Positions 29,378-39,143 are shown, numbered from the stretch's first letter. The stretch is DNA of 64,000 bases from an uncultured Gammaproteobacteria bacterium (GCA_947259485.1 CAMYLU010000013.1:25065-89064); one strand, 5' to 3'. Numbers and translations: made by a program. Notes: generated from the sequence alone by a model not told the origin.

Positions 29378-29478
29378 CATCCCGCGACTTGATCGCGGGA
29401 TCCAGCGTCTTGTGAGGCTTTATGGATACCGCGGTCAAGCCGCGGTATGACACGGCTGTTATCGCGGGATGACAGGCG
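29378..29478. repeat. REP/MITE-like palindromic element, copy B (copy A plus an extra terminal inverted repeat)
   Basis: TGTCATCCCGCGACTTGATCGCGGGATCCAG ... CTTTATGGATACCGCGGTCAAGCCGCGGTATGACACGGCTGTTATCGCGGGATGACAGG. The ends GTCATCCCGCGAT and ATCGCGGGATGAC are perfect inverted repeats. Confidence 0.55.
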
Positions 29479-29507
29479 CAAGTTTCGGTCGCTCGGGGAA
29501 GCGAGAA

Positions 29508-31289
29508 TTAAAAAGGCCAGACGATCAGGAGCATCGGGATAGAGACTACGATAACAATAACCTCGAGCGGCAAACCCATGCGCCAGTAATCGCCAAAGCG
29601 ATAGCCCCCAGGCCCCATGATCAGCGTATTATTCTTATGCCCGATCGGGGTCAGGAAAGCACAGGATGCAGCAATCGCAACCGCCATCAGAAATGGATCC
29701 GGATTGACACTCAATCGATTAGCAATATCGATCGCAATTGGAGCCGCAATGACCGTGGTCGCGGTATTGTTGAGCACGTCGGATAAGGTCATGGTGACGA
29801 TCATCAGCAAGGTCAACACGATTACCGGCCCGTAGCCCTCGGCAAAATCGATGATTTGCTGGGCGATCAAGGCGGTGCCACCCGAGGCTTCCAGTGCCGA
29901 GCCAATCGGAATCATCGAGCCAAGCAATACGATGACCGGCCATTCGATCGAAGTATAAATCTCCTTCAGCGGCACGATGTTGAATCCAACCATGACCATG
30001 CATACCAGCGCCAATGCTTCGGGCAAATGGATAATTCCGGAGGTTGCCGCAGCGATGGCAAGTGCGAAGCTCGCCACCGCGATCCAGGCCTTGTGGCGTT
30101 GCACCACCTGCAAATCACGCTCCTGCAATGGCAGGCAGCCAAGCCACTTGATGACATCCTCGAGGCGCTCAGCCGGGCCGAGCAACAGCAATACGTCACC
30201 AGCACGCGCGTTGAGCTTGCGCACCCGCTCGCGGAAGGTCCTGCCGCGGCGTGACACCCCGAGCAGGGTAATGCCGTGCCGATACAGCAGCCGCAGGCTG
30301 AAGGCGCTACGCCCCTCGATGCGAGCATGTTCAGGTACCACCGCTTCCACCAGGACCAGGCCCTCGGCAGCCTGGCCGACATATTTTTCACTGCCGACGT
30401 ATTCGAGCTTGAACGCACCGACAAAGGCATCGATATGTTCCGCATCGGCCTCGATCACCATTATGTCGCCCTTGCGAATTTCCTCACGGCGCGCACGTCC
30501 TGGAAGTCGCTTGCCCTTGCGTACAAGGCCGATGATCTCGACATCGGCTTCATTGGTTTCGGCATCGAGATCGCGCACGCGCCTGCCGATAATACTGGTG
30601 TCTGCGGCGACGCGAACTTCGGCGATGTAGTCTTCGTGTGGTAGCGGCAGCTCAGCCCTGGCGTCATCACTGTCGCTAACTGGAATCAATCGCCAGCCGA
30701 CAACTACGATAAATATCACTCCGGCGAGCGCGGTGACCGCACCCACCGGTGAAAAATCGAACATGCCAAAAGGCTCGCCCATCGCCTGCTCGCGAAAACT
30801 TGCAATGATGATATTCGGCGGCGTCCCGATCAGCGTAATCATGCCGCCCAGAATCGATGCAAACGACAGCGGCATCAGGCTCAACCTTACGTTACGTTTG
30901 GCTTTTTTCGCCGCCTGCATGTCGATCGGCATCAACAGCGCGAGTGCGGCAACATTATTCATCACCGCCGAAAGTATTGCCGATACCCCCGACATCACGC
31001 TGATATGCATGAATAATGATCGCCCGCCATCAATCACGTGGCGTGCGATCAATTCGATAGCACCTGAATTAGACAGGCCACGACTGACGATCAATACCAG
31101 CGCGATGATAACCGTGGCGTGATGGCCAAACCCGGCAAAAGCATCTTCCTGCGGTACCACCCCTATCACGATAGCGACTATGAGTGCACCAAATGCAACC
31201 AGGTCATAGCGAATCTTGCCCCACACCAGCAGCCCGAACACCACGCCCAGTAAACAAAACAGGATTGCCTGGTCTGAAATCACTCCCAC
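29508..31289 (-). CDS. SLC13/DASS-family anion permease with two central TrkA-C domains
   Basis: 593 aa. N- and C-terminal permease halves (ArsB/NhaD superfamily) flank a soluble ~200-aa insert with two TrkA-C-like repeats. Overlaps the upstream ABC permease gene by 10 nt. Confidence 0.78.
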   Translation of the reverse strand: MGVISDQAILFCLLGVVFGLLVWGKIRYDLVAFGALIVAIVIGVVPQEDAFAGFGHHATVIIALVLIVSRGLSNSGAIELIARHVIDGGRSLFMHISVMSGVSAILSAVMNNVAALALLMPIDMQAAKKAKRNVRLSLMPLSFASILGGMITLIGTPPNIIIASFREQAMGEPFGMFDFSPVGAVTALAGVIFIVVVGWRLIPVSDSDDARAELPLPHEDYIAEVRVAADTSIIGRRVRDLDAETNEADVEIIGLVRKGKRLPGRARREEIRKGDIMVIEADAEHIDAFVGAFKLEYVGSEKYVGQAAEGLVLVEAVVPEHARIEGRSAFSLRLLYRHGITLLGVSRRGRTFRERVRKLNARAGDVLLLLGPAERLEDVIKWLGCLPLQERDLQVVQRHKAWIAVASFALAIAAATSGIIHLPEALALVCMVMVGFNIVPLKEIYTSIEWPVIVLLGSMIPIGSALEASGGTALIAQQIIDFAEGYGPVIVLTLLMIVTMTLSDVLNNTATTVIAAPIAIDIANRLSVNPDPFLMAVAIAASCAFLTPIGHKNNTLIMGPGGYRFGDYWRMGLPLEVIVIVVSIPMLLIVWPF

Positions 31290-32293
31290 TGAAATATCCT
31301 GGCACCAATAATAAGTAAAATCACGGCGGAAACACCGAGCACCAGCAGGTGATCCGAAATTTGCACGATACCGGCACCGTCGATCATAATTTCACGCGCT
31401 GCTTCGGTAACGTGGGTCAACGGCAATACCAACGAAAATTTCTGCATCCACGGATGCGCGCCTTCGAGCGAAAACCAGACGCCTGACAAAAACATCATCG
31501 GCCAGCTCAACAGGTTCAGAACCCCGTTGGCGACTTCTTCGGTGGAAATGCGCGCCGCGACCACGAGACCGCAACAAATCAGGTTGATGCATCCGAGTGT
31601 GAACACCAGGAACAGGTTGAAATAGGATCCGAGCATGCGGAAACCGACAAAGTAATCCATGCAGATAAAAATCACCGTGTTGACCGCCACCAGCAGCCAT
31701 AATCGTGACAGGATCTGTGCGCTCAGAAATTCCATCGCGGTTACCGGGGTTGCGCGCAGGCGCTTGAGCACCCCAAACTTGCGATACCGCACGATGACAT
31801 AACCGATGCCAAACAAGGCCCCCCACATGATATTCATCGCGATCACGCCGGGAATTACCCAGTCGATATAACGAATTTCATCGCCTTCGACCAGGATTTG
31901 CTGTAACGATTCTGGGGCATCGACGTAGGCTGCAACCAACAATTTCTCAACGATATAACCATTAGGCGAGGTCTGGTTGATCCAGTAGCGATGGGTGTTA
32001 GGGTCGAACAGCATATCGACCTGGTGGCGTTCCACTTTGAACAGGTTGGTTTCGACCTCGTCAAACTCGATGAAGTTAATGAAGCGTGTCTCCTTAAATG
32101 CCGCCGCCGCACCTTCTGAGACGCCGCCCGGGATCACCCCTACCTTGAATTTTTCCGGGTTTTCCTCGGTAAACGCAAAAGCGAAAACGAAGATAATCAG
32201 GATCGGCAGTAACAGGCTCCAGGCGAGCGCCGAACGATCGCGGACGAACTCCAGGTTGCGCGCGACAAAAAGCGCGTAAATTCGATTCCACAT
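31280..32293 (-). CDS. ABC-2 type transporter permease
   Basis: 337 aa with 6 TM, ABC-2 family topology. Start overlaps the stop of the ATPase gene. Confidence 0.8.
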   Translation of the reverse strand: MWNRIYALFVARNLEFVRDRSALAWSLLLPILIIFVFAFAFTEENPEKFKVGVIPGGVSEGAAAAFKETRFINFIEFDEVETNLFKVERHQVDMLFDPNTHRYWINQTSPNGYIVEKLLVAAYVDAPESLQQILVEGDEIRYIDWVIPGVIAMNIMWGALFGIGYVIVRYRKFGVLKRLRATPVTAMEFLSAQILSRLWLLVAVNTVIFICMDYFVGFRMLGSYFNLFLVFTLGCINLICCGLVVAARISTEEVANGVLNLLSWPMMFLSGVWFSLEGAHPWMQKFSLVLPLTHVTEAAREIMIDGAGIVQISDHLLVLGVSAVILLIIGARIFQWE

Positions 32294-33177
32294 CAGGCGC
32301 GCAATTCCTTGCCGGTCAATTCCAGAAACAGGTCTTCCAGGTTGCGTGCGCGGATACGCAGACGATCCAGCGGAATTTCAAAACGCAACAGGTGTTCAAT
32401 CGTGACATTGACGTCACCGGTGACGATATGTGCACTGCCATTACGATAAATCGCCTGGAATTCCTGTTCGCCGATCTGACGAGGGATATCGTTGGCGTGG
32501 ATCTGCACCACGACATCGTCGAAGTGCGCCGTAAGCAGGGCGTCCGGCGCATCATGTGCGATGATGGAACCATGATCCATAATCGCGATTTCATCACACA
32601 GCTCGTAGGCTTCCTCCATGTAATGCGTCGTCAGCAAAATGGTCGCGCCCTGCTCCTTGATCAGTTGCACCTGCTTCCACAGGTTACGTCGCGACTGCGG
32701 ATCGAGTCCCGTGGTAGGCTCGTCAAGGAATAGTATTTTAGGTTTATTGATCAGTGCCATTGCCAATAGCAGGCGCTGCTTCTGTCCACCGGAAAGCTTG
32801 CGTGTATCCTGGTTAAGAAATTCGTGCAGCGCATAACGGTCGGCTAGTTCGTCGATGCTCGAGGTGTTCGGATAAAACCGGCTGAACTGCACCATGATTT
32901 CGCGCACCGTGATGAATTCCTGCAGCGCGGTGGTTTGAAACATGATGCCGGCTTCATTGCGAAATTGCTGGCCGAGCGCTTCACCATGGTAGCGAATCGT
33001 GCCGACGTCCGGGGTCTTGATGCCCTCCATCATTTCAATCGTGGTGGTTTTACCCGCGCCGTTCGGTCCCAACAGGCCAAAACAGCTGCCCTGGTGAATC
33101 TCGAAGCTAATATCGTTAACCGCGGTTAACTGACCGAAACGCTTGACCAGGTTGGATACTTGCAGGATGACAGGCAT
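32293..33177 (-). CDS. ABC transporter ATP-binding protein
   Basis: 294 aa. Walker A GPNGAGKTT, signature LSGGQKQR, Walker B ILFLDEPTTGLD, H-loop. Confidence 0.92.
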   Translation of the reverse strand: MPVILQVSNLVKRFGQLTAVNDISFEIHQGSCFGLLGPNGAGKTTTIEMMEGIKTPDVGTIRYHGEALGQQFRNEAGIMFQTTALQEFITVREIMVQFSRFYPNTSSIDELADRYALHEFLNQDTRKLSGGQKQRLLLAMALINKPKILFLDEPTTGLDPQSRRNLWKQVQLIKEQGATILLTTHYMEEAYELCDEIAIMDHGSIIAHDAPDALLTAHFDDVVVQIHANDIPRQIGEQEFQAIYRNGSAHIVTGDVNVTIEHLLRFEIPLDRLRIRARNLEDLFLELTGKELRA

Positions 33178-33289
33178 ATTAATCTTTGCTTGACCGAGCG
33201 CGAAGTATAAACAGCCTTTGTGGTTAACACTAGCTTACCCAAGAGGGAGGTAGGCACAGGCTCGATATCTATCTTATACTCGAGATCAT

Positions 33290-34714
33290 ATGGGCGAGGA
33301 AATTCAAAAAACGCACTTTGAGCAGGCCGACTTCGATCGTTTCCAGGTACGCCTGGAACAGGAAACCGAGGTGGTGCGTTCGCTGTTCGCAAAACGGCAG
33401 TTCGACAATTCGAGTCGTAAACTCGGCTACGAGCTCGAACTTTGCCTGGCCGACGCCGACGGGCATCCGAGCAAAAACAATATCGAAATTATCGAGGCCA
33501 CCGGAAACCCGTTGTTCACTTCCGAACTCGCCAGGTTCAACATGGAGATCAACGGAAACCCGTTTCCTTATGAAAGCAGCGTTTTTAACCGGGTCGAAGC
33601 CGACCTGAACGACCTGTTTCAACAGGCTGAAGCCTGCGCACATAAATTTGATACCCAGATCGGCATGTTCGGTGTATTCCCGAGCGTTACACCTGAGCAC
33701 CTGAATCCCGACGGTTACATGACCGAGTTACATCGGTATAACCAGCTCAATCAGCAATTGCTAAACATGCGCGGACAATCAATCCGTCTGCATCTCGAAG
33801 GTGACGATATCCTCAAGGTCGAAAAGGACGACGTCATGCTCGAAGCACTCGCGACTTCGCTGCAGATTCACCTGCAGGTACCATTTGATGAAATCGTCCC
33901 GACTTACCATGCCGGGTTGTGGTCGAGCATGCTGGTGCTGGGCGCGACTGCGAATTCACCGCTGGTGCTCGGCAAGTGCTGTTGGCACGAATCGCGCATC
34001 GGCATCTTCAAGCAAGCGGTCGATACCCGCAATCCCCAGGAGATCGAGGATCAAATCATTCCCCGGGTCCATTTAGGCAAGCGCTACATCGATTCGCTGC
34101 TTGACCTGTTCGAAGACAATTTTTATTACAGCCCGATCCTGCCGGAAGTACTGGAACGACCCGTTGAAGATCTGCACCACCTGTCTCTGCACAATGGCAC
34201 CATCTGGCGCTGGGTGCGCCCGATCATCGCGCGCAACACGGCGGGCGAGTATCACCTGCGCCTGGAACTGCGCGTAGCGCCGTCGGGTCCAACCCTGATC
34301 GATACGCTCGCCAACATCGTGTTTTATGTAGGTCTGACCGAAGGCCTGAAATCGCAGGGTGATGACCTGACCAGAGTTCCTTACGAAAACCTTGAAACCG
34401 ATTTTTACCGTGCCGCGCGCAAGGGCCTTAATGCCGAGGTACACTGGACCGATGGTGAGGTCCTTCCCCTGAAACAGGTCTTACTCGAACGCGCGTTACC
34501 ATTAGCACGGTCATATTTCAAAAAGGCCGGGATCGAAGATACCGAGCGCTGGCTCGATGTAATCAAGGCCCGGGTAGAACGAGAAGCCACCGGTTCGCGC
34601 TGGATACTTCGTCACTGGAAACAGTTCGGCGATAGCGCCCGCCTGGTATGCGATTACATCGAACAGGCTCGCACCAACCAACCGGTCCACCTGTGGCAGG
34701 ACCCTGGAACATGA
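33290..34714 (+). CDS. Glutamate--cysteine ligase family 2 (GCS2 / carboxylate-amine ligase) protein
   Basis: 474 aa. ..SRKLGYELELCL.. and overall architecture of plant-type and GCS2 gamma-glutamyl ligases. The exact substrate cannot be inferred. Confidence 0.65.
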   Translation: MGEEIQKTHFEQADFDRFQVRLEQETEVVRSLFAKRQFDNSSRKLGYELELCLADADGHPSKNNIEIIEATGNPLFTSELARFNMEINGNPFPYESSVFNRVEADLNDLFQQAEACAHKFDTQIGMFGVFPSVTPEHLNPDGYMTELHRYNQLNQQLLNMRGQSIRLHLEGDDILKVEKDDVMLEALATSLQIHLQVPFDEIVPTYHAGLWSSMLVLGATANSPLVLGKCCWHESRIGIFKQAVDTRNPQEIEDQIIPRVHLGKRYIDSLLDLFEDNFYYSPILPEVLERPVEDLHHLSLHNGTIWRWVRPIIARNTAGEYHLRLELRVAPSGPTLIDTLANIVFYVGLTEGLKSQGDDLTRVPYENLETDFYRAARKGLNAEVHWTDGEVLPLKQVLLERALPLARSYFKKAGIEDTERWLDVIKARVEREATGSRWILRHWKQFGDSARLVCDYIEQARTNQPVHLWQDPGT

Positions 34715-35730
34715 TAGAAAATTTTGACCGCTTGCACGGTCTGCCAGACGGCTTTCTCGACATCAGCACCGCAAACATCCGTAGCCTGTTCCCCAATCCA
34801 ACGCTGATTCAGCTGGACGGAAAGGATCCGAATTTTCTGTTCATTTCGATCCTGTTACACGGCAACGAGTATACCGGGCTCAAGGTAATGCAACAGGTGC
34901 TGGCCGAGCACGCGCATGACCTGCCGCGTTCGATGCTGTTGTTTATCGGTAATGTACGCGCGGCCGAGGCAAACCTCCGCTATTTACCCGACCAGGTGGA
35001 CTACAACCGCTGCTGGCCCGGCAGCCACCTGGAACCGAACGCGACTTCTCAGATGATGCAGCGCGTGGTCGAGATTGCGCACGGATTACCCCTGTTTGCG
35101 GCGATCGATATACACAATAACACCGGCAAAAATCCGCATTATGCCTGTATTGCCGACCCCAACCTGAAAAACCAGAACCTGGCGGCAAGATTCAATCGGG
35201 TGGCGATGATATTCCTGCACAAGGGTGTGTGCTCGATGGCGTTTGATAATATCTGCCCGGCGGTTACGCTGGAATGCGGCTTGCCCGGGGATCCCAAGGG
35301 TATCGAGCATGCCCGCCGTTTCGTCGAAGGCATGCTGACCCTGGACAAGTTACCAGACACCAAACCGACCCGCCACGCGCTGCACCTGGTCGAATCACAC
35401 CTGACCTTGAATATCCCCGAGCACGTCAGTTTCGAGTTTGACCCGGATGCCGATGCCGACCTGCGCTTCGATAACGATATCGAAGACCGTAACTTTACCC
35501 TGATCGACCCACACCAGGTATTTGGCTATACCCGCGTCGCGCGCCCGCTATCAATTACCGATGCGGACGGACATGACGTTACCGATGAAATTATGCGCGT
35601 CGAGGAAGGCAAGATTTATCTGAACAATACCTTGATGCCGGCCATGCTGACACGTGACAAGCTGGTGATACGCCAGGACTGCCTGTGCCATTTAATGCAG
35701 GATTACATCGCCCACGAGGTTGAACTGTAG
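34711..35730 (+). CDS. Succinylglutamate desuccinylase / aspartoacylase (AstE/AspA) family zinc deacylase
   Basis: Start at MIENFDRLHG.., with ATGA overlap on the GCS2 stop. ..FISILLHGNEYTG.. zinc-binding HxxE motif of the AstE/AspA-M14-like family. The listed 34648 start is an upstream extension. Confidence 0.72.
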   Translation: MIENFDRLHGLPDGFLDISTANIRSLFPNPTLIQLDGKDPNFLFISILLHGNEYTGLKVMQQVLAEHAHDLPRSMLLFIGNVRAAEANLRYLPDQVDYNRCWPGSHLEPNATSQMMQRVVEIAHGLPLFAAIDIHNNTGKNPHYACIADPNLKNQNLAARFNRVAMIFLHKGVCSMAFDNICPAVTLECGLPGDPKGIEHARRFVEGMLTLDKLPDTKPTRHALHLVESHLTLNIPEHVSFEFDPDADADLRFDNDIEDRNFTLIDPHQVFGYTRVARPLSITDADGHDVTDEIMRVEEGKIYLNNTLMPAMLTRDKLVIRQDCLCHLMQDYIAHEVEL

Positions 35731-35802
35731 CAGTTCGAGGTCCCAGGCCTGCGCTTACCCACTGACCGGGCACAGAGTTATACTTCCCACCCCGCGGGTA
35801 GA

Positions 35803-36543
35803 TTAGAAGAAAAAGTATCCGCCCAAATTGAAGGACAAAATCGATTCATTATCTACGAAATCTTCGACATCAAACAAATTAAAAACTTCGGCTCTGAGAC
35901 TGAAGTGCTGATTAAGCATAATCTCGGCCCCAAGACCTAGTAAAAACCCGTTACTATTCTCGCTTGCTCTATCAAATGGTCCGCTTAAAGTAGTATCGGC
36001 AAAATAAATTCCACCCTGGCCAAACAGATTAAGCCGCGATTCGTTATTCCTCGAGCTATTGACCTTTAGTACAAGATTGATAGTGTCAACTTCAATGTCG
36101 ATATCGGTCAAACTCGTTACTTCCGACTCCCCGGAACTGAAAAAAGACAGCTCATAGCCTAAACGACTGTTCTCGGGACGATACCCAAACCGAAAAATCG
36201 ATGCATCGCCATCCTCGATATCATCATAATCAAATTCAGACTTTCCTACGCTGACACCAAAATATGCAGATCCCGCCAGACCAACACCACCCGAATCAGT
36301 TGATCGATAACGCGCAGAGGAAGATCGATACCCGGGGTGGTAATAAGGATCGTGATAATGATAGGGATAGTGGTAATGATGACGATCATGATCGCCACCG
36401 TCATTTCTCGGTGTAGTTATCTTTTCGTATTCCGGCGTGCTTTTTAATTTATCCCCATATTCGGAGCTACTTCCAGCAAAGCATGGAAGACTTAATATTG
36501 GAAACATAAAAACTATCAAACAGCGGAGATCGACAGGCTTCAT
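35803..36543 (-). CDS. Outer-membrane beta-barrel protein with a His/Tyr-rich N-terminal extension
   Basis: Start at MKPVDLRCLIVFMFPILSLPCFA (signal peptide). HDRHHYHYPYHYHDPYYHPGYR tract. Alternating amphipathic beta-strands and C-terminal ..GGYFFF typical of OMP barrels. Low GC. Confidence 0.62.
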   Translation of the reverse strand: MKPVDLRCLIVFMFPILSLPCFAGSSSEYGDKLKSTPEYEKITTPRNDGGDHDRHHYHYPYHYHDPYYHPGYRSSSARYRSTDSGGVGLAGSAYFGVSVGKSEFDYDDIEDGDASIFRFGYRPENSRLGYELSFFSSGESEVTSLTDIDIEVDTINLVLKVNSSRNNESRLNLFGQGGIYFADTTLSGPFDRASENSNGFLLGLGAEIMLNQHFSLRAEVFNLFDVEDFVDNESILSFNLGGYFFF

Positions 36544-36688
36544 GTAATTAACCGCTGGCCCCAGGGCACCCACTTTGACTGAACAGACCTGACTATTAGC
36601 AACATACCGCTAATTGAATCATGGGTTCTGATCTGGCTTACTGATGCCAGTCAATCTTTAGCAATAACTTAAATTGCCTTTACATAAA

Positions 36689-36712
36689 ATCGAGAAAGCA
36701 GACGCTCAGATT
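36689..36712 (-). repeat. Island repeat family, short copy R1 (reverse orientation)
   Basis: CGAGAAAGCAGACGCTCAGA is the reverse complement of the GAGCGTCTGCTT..CTCG core seen in R2-R8. Confidence 0.4.
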
Positions 36713-36804
36713 TTATCGATCAATTGAAACCGCAACCCAAAGGAGACGCCCATACGTGTCATATTCACGTCAAAACAAGATTTTTTCCTGGGCAAATTTT
36801 CAGG

Positions 36805-37779
36805 CTACTCTTTTACACAATGGTAATAGCTATTCGATATCGTTTCCCAGTTCTCTTTCGAAAATGGAACAGAACTTACATAACCCGGGAGGCAGGCGGT
36901 TGAAATATACTTTCTCGAGGATAAGCCCGGACTGAAGCGTTCTTCGGGCTTTATTTTAGCTTCAATTACCGGCCCGGTATCGGCTTGAAACCGAATAGAT
37001 ATTGTTTCACCGCAAGAATTATCGACCCAGAGATCGTCTCCCTTGAAGTTCCAGTCCGAGCAATGCTCCATGTGCGGTGACAGATGCTCTGTCGGGCCCG
37101 GGCACAGCCCATAAAACAGCGCCTTCGTTAAAAAAAATGACGTTCTAGAATGAAGTTGCAACAACTCGGGATAATCGTCAGCAAATGCGTCTATTGACGC
37201 AATCAAAGTCCGAGATTCGGCATCTCTCTCAATACAGGGATAATTGGGTATGTAGTCCGACTCCGATGGAAACATCAGATCCATCACGAGTTGTGTATAG
37301 CCCTGAAACAGTCCATACGCCCTGTCGTTAAGTTCCCAGTCAATGGTTCGCATCTTGACCTCAAGATTAAACCCCTCGCAATAGGAACTGCTGACCTGAC
37401 TATTCGGCGTGCATTTTCCAACAATCTCGGCCAAGTCCTGATCATGCTGTTTCTGTGTTTCGTAGTCACAATCTTCACAGGTTTGCTGGAGATTTTGAAT
37501 CTTTCGCCGTGCGGCCATTATGCCGGAGCAAAACGATAGGTCTGTATTATTGACAGATTCACACGCCGTGACAACTCGCCAGACGTACGACACCCCATCG
37601 ATGTAACCTTCACAAAATTCTCTCTTGTTCGTATCTATCGATTTACACCATCTCAGAAACTCTGCCGAGGACTTAGGTCCTAAGCCCTCTACTGAAGTTT
37701 GGGCAAAAGATGACTGAAAATAAAAGCCACCCACGCCGATCAACAGTATGGCAAACAGACCTATAAAGTAACGATACAT
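36805..37779 (-). CDS. Hypothetical secreted cysteine-rich protein (about 20 Cys)
   Basis: 324 aa. Signal or TM anchor MYRYFIGLFAILLIGVGGFYF. Many paired cysteines (CEGYIDG, CESVNN, CEDCDYE..). Low GC. No homolog recognised. Confidence 0.5.
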   Translation of the reverse strand: MYRYFIGLFAILLIGVGGFYFQSSFAQTSVEGLGPKSSAEFLRWCKSIDTNKREFCEGYIDGVSYVWRVVTACESVNNTDLSFCSGIMAARRKIQNLQQTCEDCDYETQKQHDQDLAEIVGKCTPNSQVSSSYCEGFNLEVKMRTIDWELNDRAYGLFQGYTQLVMDLMFPSESDYIPNYPCIERDAESRTLIASIDAFADDYPELLQLHSRTSFFLTKALFYGLCPGPTEHLSPHMEHCSDWNFKGDDLWVDNSCGETISIRFQADTGPVIEAKIKPEERFSPGLSSRKYISTACLPGYVSSVPFSKENWETISNSYYHCVKE

Positions 37780-37840
37780 ACCAGCTAGTATGAGCTAACC
37801 TGATTGACGCAATGGTGATCAGTATCAATCATTTCGAAAT

Positions 37841-37916
37841 CAGCGGCGAATGACTGTTGTTGGCCGAAGATTGCCTCCCACCAGAACTTTATGAGCGTCT
37901 CCTTTGGAGAAAACAG
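37841..37916 (+). repeat. Island repeat family, copy R2
   Basis: CAGCGGCGAATGACTGTTGTTGGCCGAAGATTGCCTCCCACCAGAACTTTATGAGCGTCTCCTTTGGAGAAAACAG. It shares the TTGGCCGAAGNTTGCCTCC and GAGCGTCT.CTT..GAGAAA blocks with R4, R5, R6 and R7. Confidence 0.6.
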
Positions 37917-38030
37917 ATTCTAAATCACTTACACCTGTAGCCGAGATCGACCCATAGCTGTTCTGATAACAACCAATCCAATTGGTGGCCTTAGTCTAAG
38001 CACAGCTTGAAAACACCAGGACTAATTTAA

Positions 38031-38759
38031 TTAGGCGTCCAACCGCTTGCCCAGTTGAAGCAGAAGCGTAGCACCGTCTCCCTGCCACGCGGCTCCGTGC
38101 ATGCAGGCCAGGACACGCGGGGAAGTGGCGGCGAGCTTCTCTGCTAGTTCGCGGACCTGCCGAGTTTGCGAGAAATAGTCCAGCCCGCTGCGCATCGCTT
38201 CACTTGTCTCGAGGATGTCTTGCGTGGTGAGTGGCTCATGCTCATGCCCGCCTTGGGTAAACAAATCACCGCAGAACAGCGTTTTTGTCGAAGTCTCGAA
38301 AAGGTGACCACATTCCCAGGCGTGCGGTAAGTGCGGGGTATCGATCCATCGCACGATATGGCTTCCCAAGGAAAGCTCCTCACCGTCGCTCAGGGCTCTA
38401 GCCGGCCGTGAGGCGATATCATCCACGCTGACCATCTTGGCGATATTGCTGCATAGCGGCTCAGCCTTTGGCGCCTGTTCCAGAAACTCATTGAGTGAGC
38501 CGCATTCATCAGACTCATAGTGGGAAAAGCCTATATACCGTAAGTTCTTTACCGGCATCACGGTTGCAATCGCCGCCTGCACGAGGGGAAACATCTTGCG
38601 CGGACCCGTGTGATAGAGCAGCGGGGAATCATCCGCAACAAGATATTGGTTGAAGGTAAATCCGCCGGGTATCACGGATGGCGGTACTGCTGTGCTAATG
38701 CGATAAATACCGTTAGCGATTTCGTCGATTCTTGTGCCGTCTTTCTTATTGCTTTTCAT
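38031..38759 (-). CDS. MBL-fold metallo-hydrolase
   Basis: 242 aa. ..YIGFSHYESDECG.. (HxHxDH-like metal site variant) and later His and Asp ligands. Lactamase_B topology. Confidence 0.72.
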   Translation of the reverse strand: MKSNKKDGTRIDEIANGIYRISTAVPPSVIPGGFTFNQYLVADDSPLLYHTGPRKMFPLVQAAIATVMPVKNLRYIGFSHYESDECGSLNEFLEQAPKAEPLCSNIAKMVSVDDIASRPARALSDGEELSLGSHIVRWIDTPHLPHAWECGHLFETSTKTLFCGDLFTQGGHEHEPLTTQDILETSEAMRSGLDYFSQTRQVRELAEKLAATSPRVLACMHGAAWQGDGATLLLQLGKRLDA

Positions 38760-38988
38760 TTTTTCGGTTGCTCCTTGAAATTGATGAAGCCGGAAATTTA
38801 ACTGGCCCTAAGATGTGCGGATGAATAGTAGCTACCCAGACCTGGTGTGTTCAACATTCGATTCGTGCAACGGTCTGACTTTTTAGTCATTAGTAACGCT
38901 CCTCTATTCTCTAACCGAGAATATATTTACCAACGCATACAAACCATAGAGTACTCAATAGAAGAGCTTTTTGTAAATTATGAAATAA

Positions 38989-39058
38989 ATGAGCGTCCGT
39001 TCATGGCCGAAGCACGACCCTGATGTTGCAAATTTGAGTGTCCGCTTACGAGAAACCG
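38989..39058 (+). repeat. Island repeat family, copy R3
   Basis: GAGCGTCCGTTCATGGCCGAAG...GAGTGTCCGCTTACGAGAAACC. Confidence 0.55.
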
Positions 39059-39143
39059 GCAACTATCCGATAGGTCACCGATGCCGGCCGGGTGGCCTCG
39101 ATTAGACAGTAATTTATGAGACGAGTATGATTGCCGATATCGA

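Noticed and set aside
27723-29450. Plus-strand ORFs antisense to fumA (27723..28286, 28761..29450 and others)
   Set aside because: fumA is full length with conserved motifs on the minus strand, and these are GC-rich antisense frames.
29856-30670. Plus- and minus-strand ORFs within the SLC13 permease gene (29977..30630, 29966..30445 and others)
   Set aside because: They are off-frame translations rich in Arg, Ser and Pro. The 593-aa permease frame is coherent with TM helices and TrkA-C domains.
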